Positions 48,954-59,773 of a stretch of 64,000 nt of DNA are shown here, one piece after another. A program made the position numbers and the translations under genes. This DNA is from a virus (lineage: Duplodnaviria > Caudoviricetes), in IMG/VR virus record IMGVR_UViG_2876334352_000001; one strand, written 5' to 3'. How positions within the stretch are numbered: position 1 is the stretch's first letter; each line of letters opens with the position of its first letter. The notes under the pieces are model-generated. The model saw only the letters and a list, made by a program, of their open reading frames with translations. It did no database searches and had not been told where the DNA came from.

Positions 48954-50822
48954 TCAGTCGGTGAGAATTTCTTCATCCGTATCTATTGTGGATGGTGATG
49001 AATCTATTTTTGTTGTAAGAAATACCCGATTCAGTAGTCTTTGCTTTAGGGCGTTTCTTCGCTCATTGTAGAATTCCTGGAAGCGACTGAACTCAATATT
49101 TTCATCTGAAACTAACAGCATTGATGGAGTATAGTTGTTTGATGAGTGAGATAGCCATTGTTTCAGGGATGTATCCTGTTTACTTATATTCTGAGAGTGA
49201 TTCAGTAAATGAAGATTAGGTATGGTGTCCCAGTGTTCCGGATTTTCGTAAAAGTTGAGTTTCTCCGGTGAATTCGCAATATAATCTAATTTTTCAAGAT
49301 ATTTATTTGAAAAATGATTTCTTGGATGAAGGTGATCAATATGAAACACCTCGGTCGGATTCATTTCAGGGAACAGAAGATGCAATAGTGCGCGGCAGCG
49401 ACCTTCGCCATATCTGATATTGAGAAGGCTTTCGATGTATTCGTCGTCAAATCTGAGGTCCTTATTCGAGCCTTTGTACCTATTAATAATCTTCTCAAGA
49501 GGAAAATGAACATCTGAAAGACTATTCTTCATTACGTCTCTGATGCTCGTGAGTAGCGCATCTGCCTGGCTTCCAAAGATCCCTTTCAGAAGTACCATGT
49601 AAAACCACTGGCTAATTACTGAGCGTTCATTGTGGTTTTTATTCAGGAGATTAATCGTTGTATATAATGGGTGTCCATTGGTTTGCTTTTTGTAAAGCCA
49701 GTAGACCACAGGAATGACTGCATTTTTAGATATCAAAGACTGTGGATTGATGCCGAATCGCCTGATAAGAATAAAGGTCTCCTTGATGCAGGATTTTATT
49801 TCAGACCATTGTTGTTGTATCTTACCGACCTCCTCTGAAGTGAAGTTTTTTACTTTGAACCGGACGTCAGAGTCAATAAGCATCAGGCTGGTTTTTAAGA
49901 ACCAGTCTCTTTCAATATAAAACCCCATTTCATTATTCTGATAAATGTTTTTTGTCAGTTTATCCAGTTCTCTTCTGAAATCACCCTGCCAGTGCGCTAC
50001 CGCTATTGACATCAGTAAGTCGGAGAACTCAAGTTTTGTCCCCCCGCTGTTCGTGCGGATGAAAACATCCAGCACATGATCAATGTCCTGACTGCTCTCA
50101 TTGAAGTAGTGGATAAGATTCTCAGTTCTTATCTTGGTATAAAGTTTAAGCAGAGTTTTTCTGGAAAATTCACTGGAAATGAGTCCTCTTTTTTCGAGTT
50201 CTGGTACGACAACTTTAAATAAGATATCATCCGGAGAATCAATTTGCTCGTATTTGAATATTTCGTGAAGGCAGAACCAGTGATGTTTGTTATCGGTAAG
50301 TGAATCAGTATATTGCTTGTCGGTGAGGAACCTGAAGTTGTACTTCATCATGGGCTCATCGTCTGAGTCAAGTGGCGCTGTTAAATCGACGTAAAGCTTT
50401 CTGGGCGGCAGGATGCGATCATCCTGTGCCGAAGGCCACCACACCCGGGGTTGTTTATACGCATACGTTCCACACAGTCCAATATATAAAGATGTGAGAC
50501 GCTGCTGACCATCAATCACCGCCTTAAAATCATGAAATCCCGCATTTGTTGGTACACATGGGTTTTCTTCATTAAATCGCTGACAGTATTCTTTCAGGAA
50601 CTCATAAAATTTGTAATCGTTTTTAATACTGATACTACGGATATCCCACATCATGAAAGAGTTTATCGGGTAGTCTCGCATGATGGAATCAAATAGCAGA
50701 CATATCTGCCTGCTGCTCCAGACAAACTTTCGCTGAATTGCAGGCAGAAGATAGTGGCGTAAATTAATCGAATCTATCGCTTGTTTTATCGTTATTGCTT
50801 TTTCATACTGGCCAGCCATCAT
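48954..50822 (-). CDS. GmrSD-like DUF262 + HNH (DUF1524-like) nuclease
   Basis: LPAIQRKFVW, IDGQQRLTS, FIRTNSGGTKL; HIDHLHP..NLHLL..N. Confidence 0.87.
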   Translation of the reverse strand: MMAGQYEKAITIKQAIDSINLRHYLLPAIQRKFVWSSRQICLLFDSIMRDYPINSFMMWDIRSISIKNDYKFYEFLKEYCQRFNEENPCVPTNAGFHDFKAVIDGQQRLTSLYIGLCGTYAYKQPRVWWPSAQDDRILPPRKLYVDLTAPLDSDDEPMMKYNFRFLTDKQYTDSLTDNKHHWFCLHEIFKYEQIDSPDDILFKVVVPELEKRGLISSEFSRKTLLKLYTKIRTENLIHYFNESSQDIDHVLDVFIRTNSGGTKLEFSDLLMSIAVAHWQGDFRRELDKLTKNIYQNNEMGFYIERDWFLKTSLMLIDSDVRFKVKNFTSEEVGKIQQQWSEIKSCIKETFILIRRFGINPQSLISKNAVIPVVYWLYKKQTNGHPLYTTINLLNKNHNERSVISQWFYMVLLKGIFGSQADALLTSIRDVMKNSLSDVHFPLEKIINRYKGSNKDLRFDDEYIESLLNIRYGEGRCRALLHLLFPEMNPTEVFHIDHLHPRNHFSNKYLEKLDYIANSPEKLNFYENPEHWDTIPNLHLLNHSQNISKQDTSLKQWLSHSSNNYTPSMLLVSDENIEFSRFQEFYNERRNALKQRLLNRVFLTTKIDSSPSTIDTDEEILTD

Positions 50823-52675
50823 AAACCTCATGTGTTATATTAGCTGGCTGATTTTAATTTAAAGGGTGTAATGAGTACAGTATTTGCACAAGCATAATTT
50901 ATGCAGTGGAAAAGCTGACTGCTCGGTTTGTGTTTTTCGTTCGGGTAGACTCGCATTGCGGATGCACAAAGTGATGAAACCTGTCTTGCTATGTTTTTAC
51001 CAAAGTTAACAAGAAGTCCATGCTTTATCTTCTCGCTATCTGTTATGTCTGCCAGGTCATTACCAAACGTTACGCTGGCAGCTTTGTGACGCGTGATTTG
51101 GGGGGAATGAAGCGTGGCTACGCGTACAGACTCCCAGGCGACAGACTAATCAACGCGTTGACATTGGCGGTCACTAATTGAGGATTTCTATAAGAACTCG
51201 TTGATCGCCCCTCTTCCCTACCCGCCAACCTCATGCACTCCAGGTGTGGCAAGGCTTTTACGCACATAACACCCACAAGAAAACAAATAAATAACACATC
51301 AATGAAAAGTCAACGCTTTACCCTGATTTGGTCTCAAAAGTTGACGTTTTGCCATGTCACTTCTTATATCCGTTAAGCAGCGTACCAGAGACCAACACCC
51401 TGCGACGAAAACGCCAAAAACGACTCCTGATACCACCACAAAACAGACATGCTCAGAATGGCTCTCGTTGCGTTTAATGAGCATATAAACAAATTGTTTT
51501 AGGCAATAAGAAAACAACAAAACAAGATAACAAAGAAAAGGAACTGCCATTACCCCACACCCAGGCAATACCCACCTCTTCCTGCCAGGCTACCGAAAAG
51601 ACCAACCTCATTGCCCCAGGCTACCGACCCCATGAAGCAAATCTCGATCACCACCAAAAAGCGACAAGAGAAAGGCAATTTCTCTGAACGCCATTCCCCC
51701 AATACACGGAAGAGATACCCGGGAAGAAACTCCAGACCAGAACAGTCCCCGGCGCCATATCGTTTACCCACTCTTACCCCGAAAGATAACGCAAATTCCT
51801 GATTAGCAGGGAACGCCATTACTTCACATGCGGAGAACGACAACAGACCAGAAATCACATCACCCACACTTCCAACTCTCAAGGTGAACGAAAGGAAAAG
51901 CGCACACGCCATCACTCCATACACAGAGAAGAACTATCCCCAAAACGAAGAATACAGACCAGAGGAAAACCACAAGACAACCACCTCTACAACATCTGCA
52001 AAACCACTTACCGGCAGAGAGAAGAAAGTCGCCTTTTCTCCCATACGAATGGTCACCGTATAGAGCGCTAATTAAGAGAGATACTAGCCCCCCATAAGAG
52101 AGGTTATTCGAGTCAGGAAAGAGCACAGATATAAGAGAGAGGGGATGGAGGGGGATCGCTCCCTTTCCCGTATTTATTCAAGTCCTGATTTTATCCCCCG
52201 CAACATCCCTGCGGTCGAACGAGTGAAAGGGCTACCGCGAAAATCAATCGGGAGCGTCCCCGCAGGGGAAAGGCTGGCTGCCTGAGTGGAAACGGCTGGA
52301 GGTTTTTCGGGAAACGGCTGGGTTCCCGTCATGGAAAGGGGGCGTGTCGGTATAGAGACAAAATGCCGCGGGGACGGCTGATTCTCTGGCGGTACACCGT
52401 TTGGTGCGCGGGTGGCTTTCTTCCCGCTGCGCGCAGCTGCTGATACGTATTCTGCCAGAGCGTTCGAGGGTCACAAGCTGTTTCAGTAGGTTTTAGGGAA
52501 GAGGAAAATACTGCTCACCAGCCCTGCGGTGCGCGTTGAGAAGAATAATGTAAAAAGCGCTCCCGATACGCTCCCGGATACTCACTACTTTTCCAGTTCT
52601 CCCCGATACAAAATGCTTTTTAGCCTATGTCTTATTGCGATAATAACACCAATAAGAAAACAACGTGTTTAGACA

Positions 52676-52906
52676 ATGGAGAAAAACATTTACAAGCATT
52701 TGAACATCAGCATCACCCTTTGCGGAGAAGAGACATGTACTGACGAACTCCAGATCTCTCTGGATGACGTTATCCGCTCTGCGGATGTCGCTGGGCGCAT
52801 CGGTACGCTGATTGGCGAAGGGTATGGCGAGGGCACGTTTGATTTTCATATCGAGGGCAACGCAATGTCCGTCGCGTGGAACTGCACCACGTCAGAGTCC
52901 AGATAA
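52676..52906 (+). CDS. Hypothetical protein
   Basis: Directly downstream of a promoter cassette. Confidence 0.65.
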   Translation: MEKNIYKHLNISITLCGEETCTDELQISLDDVIRSADVAGRIGTLIGEGYGEGTFDFHIEGNAMSVAWNCTTSESR

Positions 52907-52916
52907 AGGAGAGACA

Positions 52917-53129
52917 ATGGATATGCCTGTGATTGTGGAAGTATGGAGCGTGGACTCGCTGGCCGAATGTCTTGATGGCGTAGGGCCAGCACTGACCCGT
53001 AAATTATGGTCGTTTGTACCAGCTAAGGGAGAGTCACCCAAAGGGAAGGATGTTTGGCACCTGCTGACTGATGAAGAGAAGCGGGAGTTGGTGGCCGCAG
53101 TGAAAGAGGAGTTCCCTGACGAAGATTAA
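52917..53129 (+). CDS. Hypothetical protein
   Basis: AAGGAG SD; hairpin terminator follows at about 53134-53154. Confidence 0.7.
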   Translation: MDMPVIVEVWSVDSLAECLDGVGPALTRKLWSFVPAKGESPKGKDVWHLLTDEEKRELVAAVKEEFPDED

Positions 53130-53265
53130 CGATGGCCACCAGCAGGTGGCTTTTGAGTGATTGGGGCCTGCGGCCAGCTGAATGCCGGAACGCTTCGCTT
53201 GGTGGCCGTTTTCATACTGGTATTATTTACACCAACAAGAAAACAAGTTGTTTACGGAGTGTGTA

Positions 53266-53577
53266 ATGAATACCGAGATGATTTTGAAACTGGATAAACT
53301 CCAGCCTCGCAAAGACAAACCTGCAGTACTCGGATCGATCACTTTACTGGACATTGTGGCCAACGGCACAGCCATCCGACTTTTCAAAGAGACCGTTGTC
53401 GTCTTCGGCGAAACTTCTCGCAAGCGCATCGTAATGAACGTCCGGCGCCATAGTGGGAAAGGATGGGTGGCTAAACAAGTTATCTGGCCGGAGTCAGATC
53501 TGGAGTTGGCTTTACTGGAAGTTAACAGGGTCGCCCAGCAGGAAATTCAACGCGCAACAACCCTCGCCATAGCTTAG
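53266..53577 (+). CDS. Hypothetical protein
   Basis: GGAG SD after a promoter cassette. Confidence 0.7.
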   Translation: MNTEMILKLDKLQPRKDKPAVLGSITLLDIVANGTAIRLFKETVVVFGETSRKRIVMNVRRHSGKGWVAKQVIWPESDLELALLEVNRVAQQEIQRATTLAIA

Positions 53578-53610
53578 TCATGTGCTACACAGATTAGTCG
53601 AATTTACGAC

Positions 53611-53638
53611 AGCCCCGTCGATCCTTCGGGGCTTTTTT
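53611..53638 (+). terminator. Intrinsic terminator
   Basis: AGCCCCG..CGGGGCT followed by TTTTT. Confidence 0.75.
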
Positions 53639-53696
53639 GTATTGTAGGTACTTACCTACGGCGATAGTATTACGACGCATTTACATGGAGGTAAAA

Positions 53697-54104
53697 ATGA
53701 GTTTGACCAAAGAAGATTTAGTATTTGACCCTTACTACGCATCCAGCACTGACGAAGAAGGCAATAAACTGGCCCAGCTGACCGTTCAGTTCCGTGATGC
53801 CTCGGCTGTTCCGCATGTGACCACTCAACTGGCCCGAACAACTCTTAAGCGTGATCGCTCGAAGGTTTATGCCGTCGGCGAGCAATCAGTGAAAAATGGT
53901 TCGGACACTCTGCTGGCCGCCATTGAAGCCTATTATCGAACAGACCCGAAGACCATTTTCGAAAACCTGATGGCACAGGTTCAGGATATGATCGAGGGCA
54001 ACCTGGGCGCCAACAATACCTGGGTTGGTTCATACGGCATAACCATTGTGTCTGGCGGCTCTCTGGAAGAGTATCTGCCTGAGTCCGTCTACAACGTCCA
54101 GTAA
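53697..54104 (+). CDS. Hypothetical protein
   Basis: GGAGG SD; operator upstream; terminator at 54113-54137. Confidence 0.75.
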   Translation: MSLTKEDLVFDPYYASSTDEEGNKLAQLTVQFRDASAVPHVTTQLARTTLKRDRSKVYAVGEQSVKNGSDTLLAAIEAYYRTDPKTIFENLMAQVQDMIEGNLGANNTWVGSYGITIVSGGSLEEYLPESVYNVQ

Positions 54105-54226
54105 ACCAGCCAATGGCGCGTAACCCGCGCCATTTTTCCCCAACCCGTAAACAAGTTGTTTTATACCTTTTCTGAGTTGCGATAATAACACCAATAAGAA
54201 AACAAGTTATTAACGAAGTAGAGGAA

Positions 54227-54607
54227 ATGTTCATGGGACTTGATATCTATATTGAGACGCAGCCAAAAAACGATCTGAATAACGAGGCATCCAGAAAGCA
54301 AGTTGGCTACTTCCGTAAGTTCAATGCTCTCGTTGGGTGGATGAACCGTAACGTAGGTGAAGTTATAAATTGTGAACTTTTAGAAGTTACGATGAATGAT
54401 ATTTGTGCTCTCAAGGCTGATTTGATTCGTCTAAACGAAAGCAATTGTGAAGAGTATCTGCCTACCCAGGAAGGGTTTTTCTTCGGTAGTCAGGAGTACG
54501 ATGAAGGGTACTGGAATGACGTGGAAGAGCTGAAAGAGCTTGTGGATGAGCTGATTAAAAATCACGACTTCTACAATAACAGACTGACATTTTGCGCCTG
54601 GTGGTAA
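54227..54607 (+). CDS. Conserved acidic phage protein
   Basis: MGLDIY..YFRKFNAL..GFFFGS.EYDE.Y. Confidence 0.75.
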   Translation: MFMGLDIYIETQPKNDLNNEASRKQVGYFRKFNALVGWMNRNVGEVINCELLEVTMNDICALKADLIRLNESNCEEYLPTQEGFFFGSQEYDEGYWNDVEELKELVDELIKNHDFYNNRLTFCAWW

Positions 54608-54609
54608 AT

Positions 54610-54891
54610 ATGACTGATTTCACCATCTCCCCGAAAGCTGAAAACGTATGGCTGGAATCCTGGCTCGACCTGTCGCCGGAAGAGCAGCAGGAAATGGATC
54701 ACATTGAACAGGACGAACAATGTGATGCCCGCTTCTTCCGCTTTGAGGACAGCGTTTATGACATTGCCGACTTCATGCGCGATGACCGCTTCCCGGACTG
54801 GCACGCAGGATACCCATTAAATGCTTTCGCCATGCTGATGATCCGCGTGGATGGCTCCGGCGATACCATCGACGTCGGTCTGCTCCACTAA
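54610..54891 (+). CDS. Hypothetical acidic protein
   Basis: Starts 2 bp after the upstream stop; hairpin follows. Confidence 0.7.
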   Translation: MTDFTISPKAENVWLESWLDLSPEEQQEMDHIEQDEQCDARFFRFEDSVYDIADFMRDDRFPDWHAGYPLNAFAMLMIRVDGSGDTIDVGLLH

Positions 54892-55096
54892 GAAAACGAG
54901 GCCACCCATGCTGGTGGCCTTAAATGACCATCCTGTTTCCCGCAGGCTAAAAACACCCACCTCTTACCGCCAGGCTACCGAACCACCCACCGACTTCCCG
55001 ACGGCCACCAGCTGCCGAAACAGAACGCTTGGACGCCTCACACCCACTGCGATAATTAAACCAACGAGAAAACAAGTTGTTTAAAGGATTATCACA

Positions 55097-55579
55097 ATGA
55101 ACTATATCGCCACTGTAAACACTCCCGCGCATGGCACCATCTCTGTCACATACTCCGACATTGAAAAGAACATCCTGGGCGCCTGGCGCGAAGAAGAGAC
55201 CATCCAGCTGTCCGGGAAAGAGAAGCAGCAGATCGCCAAAGACATCATTTGCAACCGTCGATTCACGCGGGTATTTGAGAAAGCGTATGTGGTAAATTCT
55301 GGGTTTGGAACATTTGTCTTCCCGGTGCGCTCCGGGAGATTCTGTCAGTCCAAGCTGACTGAGTTTGCCTCGCAGATCGCTATCTGGATTAAGACTCAAT
55401 CGTCGTTCGATTTTAGCGATGATGAAGCAATAGCGCAGGGTATGCGGATCGCCAACAATGCAATTAAATACAAAAACATCACGTATGCCGCTGGCGTTGA
55501 CTCATGGAAACTGTTTTGCGCTAACTTTATGCTGAATGTATTCGCCAGCAATCGGATTCACATACTGGCTGGCAAGTAA
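55097..55579 (+). CDS. Hypothetical protein
   Basis: AAGGA SD after a promoter cassette; terminator at about 55586-55611. Confidence 0.72.
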   Translation: MNYIATVNTPAHGTISVTYSDIEKNILGAWREEETIQLSGKEKQQIAKDIICNRRFTRVFEKAYVVNSGFGTFVFPVRSGRFCQSKLTEFASQIAIWIKTQSSFDFSDDEAIAQGMRIANNAIKYKNITYAAGVDSWKLFCANFMLNVFASNRIHILAGK

Positions 55580-56239
55580 GAGGGGAGGGGGCTGGAAATG
55601 CCCCTTTCTTTCCGTCCACCAGCTCCCGCAGGGAAGATTTTCAGAAACGGCCAGAAGTCCATCAGGACAACCGAAGGGAAACGGCCAGGGAATTTTCGGG
55701 AAACGGCTGGGGTCGCCTTCAGGTAGAAACAGAGCGGGAGATGCCCAGAATCGTATCAGCCATCACGCGGAAAGAATCAGCGGAAGCTGGTGGGCGCTTT
55801 AACCCCTGAGCCATACAGACAGCTTTCGCTACGTGATTATGTGCATCAGTGGGTAAGCCACCGCCAGCGCGCAGACGTCGCGCCAACGTGATAATCATAT
55901 GCCAGCGCCAGCACGTCATGCCAGTATTGCCGACACGCCCCGAAAGAAAGCGCATCGCCACCAGCAGACACCAGCAGCACCCATCACCAGATAATCACAT
56001 CCACAACCACATCAGATCTGCCATGCGCTAAAACGCAACACCTCGCACTGTGAGCGCTCGTTATTGTGGGTAATGGGTATGTATTGGGAAGGAATAAAAC
56101 GCGTCACAGTGGCGCTTTTTAATGGGTTTATTTTCGTGATAGCTGGTGGAGAAAAGACAATAAAAAATGCGCCATTATGGCGCGCTTGATATGATAAGCA
56201 GAAACAAAAAAGCGCCCATAGTGGGCGCTCCTTCGTTAG

Positions 56240-56890
56240 TTATGCTTTGAATGCTTCAGCGAGGTAGTTGTAGAAATCATTTTTGATAAAGCGATATTGC
56301 TGTGATCCGTTTTTCGCTGCGCCCATTCCTTTAATCTTCTCAACCAGTCCGAGACGTTCACACAGGTTGATAAGCTGGTTGGCTTGCGTATAGCCAGCGT
56401 CCGGTTTCAGCTCGTTAAGTTTTTTCGCTTCGTTCATCAAATCGTATACAGCACCATTTGTGAACGTGTCGATCTCATCATTAATCATTTCAATAAGAGC
56501 AAACACGCGAGAGCCAGACATATCTGCAACACTGTAAACGCATTTGCCAGACTTGATAGACTTCACCAGGTAGACAAGTTTTTCCAATGAATAGCTGTTA
56601 GCCATTGCTTCGCGGAAAAAGACTTCTGGCGCTTGTTTGCTTGCTTTAATAGCGTAGTAGAAGACGCCAGCTAATTTCTCATCGTTTACAGCGTTCAGCA
56701 CGTTATTGGTGAAGTATGCAAGCTTAGTAGTAGCAGCCAGCATGTTAGCTTTATCTGCTTTAGTGTGGGTGCCATTCTGATAATGATTGTTATAAGTCTG
56801 AGTAGCGTTATCAGCGTTAATCTGTAATTCGTTAGCGATAACTACAGCAGCGTCGATGATAGCTTTTTTAGAGATAGATACGTTAGACAT
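56240..56890 (-). CDS. Hypothetical protein, possible C-terminal winged helix
   Basis: 216 aa; QLINLCERLGLVEK..YRF. Confidence 0.7.
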   Translation of the reverse strand: MSNVSISKKAIIDAAVVIANELQINADNATQTYNNHYQNGTHTKADKANMLAATTKLAYFTNNVLNAVNDEKLAGVFYYAIKASKQAPEVFFREAMANSYSLEKLVYLVKSIKSGKCVYSVADMSGSRVFALIEMINDEIDTFTNGAVYDLMNEAKKLNELKPDAGYTQANQLINLCERLGLVEKIKGMGAAKNGSQQYRFIKNDFYNYLAEAFKA

Positions 56891-57159
56891 GATTTTAATC
56901 CTTACTTAAAATTGAAAATAATTTCGTTCTATCGTTAGCGTGTTTGCTTTCGATGGGTGTAATTATCGATATTCGGTTTTTTAATGCAAGTACTTTTTCA
57001 AAAAAATATAAAAAAATTTTCTTCAATAAAAATCAAAGTCTTAGAAATAAATCGCATTTGGTCGAAGGTGTTCCCTAAATAAATTCCCTGTTCGGGGTTT
57101 CACCCTTATATATTTAATCGGGATACGGGAAATAAATATAAAGGGGAATGACCCATAAA

Positions 57160-57185
57160 ATAATAACCGGACTTAGCCGGTTATT
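57160..57185. terminator. Terminator hairpin
   Basis: AATAACCGG-acttag-CCGGTTATT. Confidence 0.65.
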
Positions 57186-57197
57186 ACCCTTATAGAT

Positions 57198-57728
57198 TTA
57201 AAACGGGATAATGCGCTCTACCCAATCGAAGAGAACAATCGTTCGCCCGCGCTCGCCTGTCTTCATTGTGACCTGACAAGCATCAACGCCCAACGACACG
57301 CCTTCTATTTCACGGCCGTCCGCCATGTAGACCCTTATAGATTTTTGTTCATTGTGCGCCTTGCGACAAATTTTGAAGAAGTCGCGGCGAGACGGCTGAT
57401 TGTTCACATAGTCCGGATGTACGGTAAGCCTGTCCACAATCCCCCCATCTACTTCTGGAGGTATAATAGTTTCAATGGTGCTAACCCTCTGAAGCGGAAG
57501 GCGAACTCGACGCTCTTTGCTTCCTGGAACGGGAGAAAGATCGAGTTTGTTGCGTGATTGTAGTGTCCCCTGTACGTACATGTTGAACACTTGTCCATCT
57601 TCCATCGTGACCTTCACAGGCACAGAACGTGCTCTCCAGAACATCAAGGTATGCTCCACATGAGAATAGTCTCTGGGCCAGACCTCAGCAGGGATGCCGT
57701 AGGTAATATCAGTAATTTCGTTGGGCAT
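57198..57728 (-). CDS. Hypothetical protein with two Sm/Hfq-like segments
   Basis: VPVKVTMEDGQVF and SIRVYMADGREIEG..GVD. Confidence 0.55.
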   Translation of the reverse strand: MPNEITDITYGIPAEVWPRDYSHVEHTLMFWRARSVPVKVTMEDGQVFNMYVQGTLQSRNKLDLSPVPGSKERRVRLPLQRVSTIETIIPPEVDGGIVDRLTVHPDYVNNQPSRRDFFKICRKAHNEQKSIRVYMADGREIEGVSLGVDACQVTMKTGERGRTIVLFDWVERIIPF

Positions 57729-57772
57729 AATGTGTGATTGAATGAGCAAAACGAGTAAACCACCGCTTTTGG

Positions 57773-58132
57773 TTAATTGTAACCTATTTCTTTACAGCTC
57801 TCTTCGAAGACCTCTTTGGGCAAAACATTAAGGTCTACCGGGACATTTTTTTCCATCTTGACGATACTCTTGTAGGGGATCTGGACCCAGCGATAGCCTG
57901 TATAGGCTCCATAAGCATTAACGGCATTTAGTTTGAAGCAGTAGGTAGGTTCGCTGTCGATGTAAGCGGGAAATTGGTATTTTGTTGAATCTGGATCAAG
58001 CAGATTCGGCTCAAGAGTTTTCTTTATATAATCTTGCTGCTCTGACGTTAGAGGTTTTGCTGCGAACGCTGCTGTAGAATAAAAAATAGGCAAAGCTAAT
58101 AATAGTGAAATCTTAATCTTATTCATATGCAT
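57773..58132 (-). CDS. Secreted protein
   Basis: Signal peptide ending AFA; LLDPDS..C..NAVNAYGAYTG. Confidence 0.7.
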   Translation of the reverse strand: MHMNKIKISLLLALPIFYSTAAFAAKPLTSEQQDYIKKTLEPNLLDPDSTKYQFPAYIDSEPTYCFKLNAVNAYGAYTGYRWVQIPYKSIVKMEKNVPVDLNVLPKEVFEESCKEIGYN

Positions 58133-58170
58133 GATCCTTTTGTATGTTTAGGGGACTAGGATATCAGATA

Positions 58171-58746
58171 TTATACAAGAGAAAAATATTCTAAAACTGA
58201 CTGCTTTGTGTTGTTTTGACGTCCTGAGTTTGGCAAGCCCGACTGGTAATGCACACTCGATAGTTTACCTTCGGATCCCGTAGGCAAAAGAAGCCGGTCT
58301 TTTAATTCAATAATGAGCTTCCACAGGCATTCTTCTTTATCAACTTTCACAGAATAACCAACACCATTTTTCGGAGTTCTTTTGGATTTGGTAGGGATTT
58401 TAAAAGCGTTAAAGTTGGAGCTTAACTGAATGTGCCCAAGAGATATGCCCTCTATCTTGTCAATGAGAGGTATCAATTTTGTAACTTGGAAAGGAAAGAT
58501 CACCAAAGAGTAATCATCATGTCTTGAACAATTTTCAGGTGAAATTATGTAAACATGGAATGGATCGATATTAGGACTCACAATTGAGCCTATCTGTTCG
58601 TCGCCGAAATAGAACCCTCTTGCATGTTCTTTGAGAGCAAGCTCTTTTGCTCGTTGTATTCTAATGCCATTGTTAAATAACAAATCATTTGGTTTGTTAA
58701 TTGCATTATTCAAGACGGTTATAAGTTCTATGTTTGAAAGAGCCAT
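58171..58746 (-). CDS. Hypothetical AT-rich protein
   Basis: AGGA SD; 191 aa. Confidence 0.7.
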   Translation of the reverse strand: MALSNIELITVLNNAINKPNDLLFNNGIRIQRAKELALKEHARGFYFGDEQIGSIVSPNIDPFHVYIISPENCSRHDDYSLVIFPFQVTKLIPLIDKIEGISLGHIQLSSNFNAFKIPTKSKRTPKNGVGYSVKVDKEECLWKLIIELKDRLLLPTGSEGKLSSVHYQSGLPNSGRQNNTKQSVLEYFSLV

Positions 58747-58855
58747 TTCCTACCTCAACCATTTTCTTATTGCGAGAAGGCTACTCAGAAATTATGGCTA
58801 ATCAAAATATTTTTTAAGCCGGAGGCGACAGAAATTAAAAATGTGGTCTTCATCA

Positions 58856-58884
58856 CATACCGGCTCTCGCATGAGCCGGTATGT
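58856..58884. terminator. Hairpin
   Basis: CATACCGGCTC-tcgcat-GAGCCGGTATG. Confidence 0.6.
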
Positions 58885-58890
58885 TGATTG

Positions 58891-59445
58891 TTATTTACTC
58901 AATGCCTTATATTTTCCGGCGATCAAGCTTTCTCCCTTCTTAGTAATTGCAAAACCAAATGGTAATTTGCTGTTTTTGCGCAACACACCTTCAGCAAGCG
59001 CCTGATCAGTTGGTAAAACAGATGAGTTGTCCACCCACCCCATAAGCGCAAGAAAATTCAACAGCTTCATGCTAGAGATATCTAATTTTTGAGCGATATC
59101 GGGAACACCAAGAATTTGTCTGCTTTTGCTTTTCGGGGCTTCGCTAAATATTTTTGAGTTTTTTGGTGTCAACAAAGTGTCTAAGGTATTAAAAAATCCT
59201 CTTGCCGATTCTGATTTGATAAGACCTGAATCCGCCATATCACACGCCACCCTATACAGGACGTTGCTGTTATTCATGAACGGATATTTTGCAAGAAATT
59301 CTGCGAACGCATTTGCGCTTTTGACTCCGCATTTGTAGTCTAAAGGATTGTCCACACGCCAGAAAAAAGCGTTATTTTTTTTAGCATCGTAAACATCTAC
59401 AAACGGAAGTTCTTTAATATAGCTCATCATGTGCTCCTTTTTCAT
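58891..59445 (-). CDS. Antirepressor-like protein (KilA-C/ANT-like C-terminus)
   Basis: DIAQKL..KLLNFL..GW..PT..A..G..ITKKG pattern. Confidence 0.55.
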   Translation of the reverse strand: MKKEHMMSYIKELPFVDVYDAKKNNAFFWRVDNPLDYKCGVKSANAFAEFLAKYPFMNNSNVLYRVACDMADSGLIKSESARGFFNTLDTLLTPKNSKIFSEAPKSKSRQILGVPDIAQKLDISSMKLLNFLALMGWVDNSSVLPTDQALAEGVLRKNSKLPFGFAITKKGESLIAGKYKALSK

Positions 59446-59492
59446 TGGACGAGCACATGATGAACTTTGAAAGAAGGGGAAAAAGAGAAACT

Positions 59493-59771
59493 TTACGGTA
59501 ACCGTTTAAGGATATCTTCCAAATCCTCTTTGGTCATGCCCGAGTTTTCATAAATCTTCATGACTTTTTCGCGCGCTTTTGCTGACGCTTCAAGCGCCGT
59601 TGCGCTCTTGTCGAAATCGGCCATCGTCATGTTGCTCAACACCAGATTAATGATGTCGGCCTTTGACAGCCTTATGTTGCGATCTCGCAGACGTCCCTGA
59701 AAAGACTCCAGTTTGTCGTTCGCCTTCTCGGTCAGTTGAACCTGACAGTGTATAGCGCGTTTGTCACCCAT
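59493..59771 (-). CDS. Hypothetical small protein, possibly DNA-binding
   Basis: Follows the helicase by 2 bp. Confidence 0.65.
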   Translation of the reverse strand: MGDKRAIHCQVQLTEKANDKLESFQGRLRDRNIRLSKADIINLVLSNMTMADFDKSATALEASAKAREKVMKIYENSGMTKEDLEDILKRLP

Positions 59772-59773
59772 GC

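Noticed and set aside
51299-52474. Minus-strand hydrophobic ORFs
   Set aside because: Cys/Phe/Val/Gly-rich products expected from the strand skew; no SD or motifs
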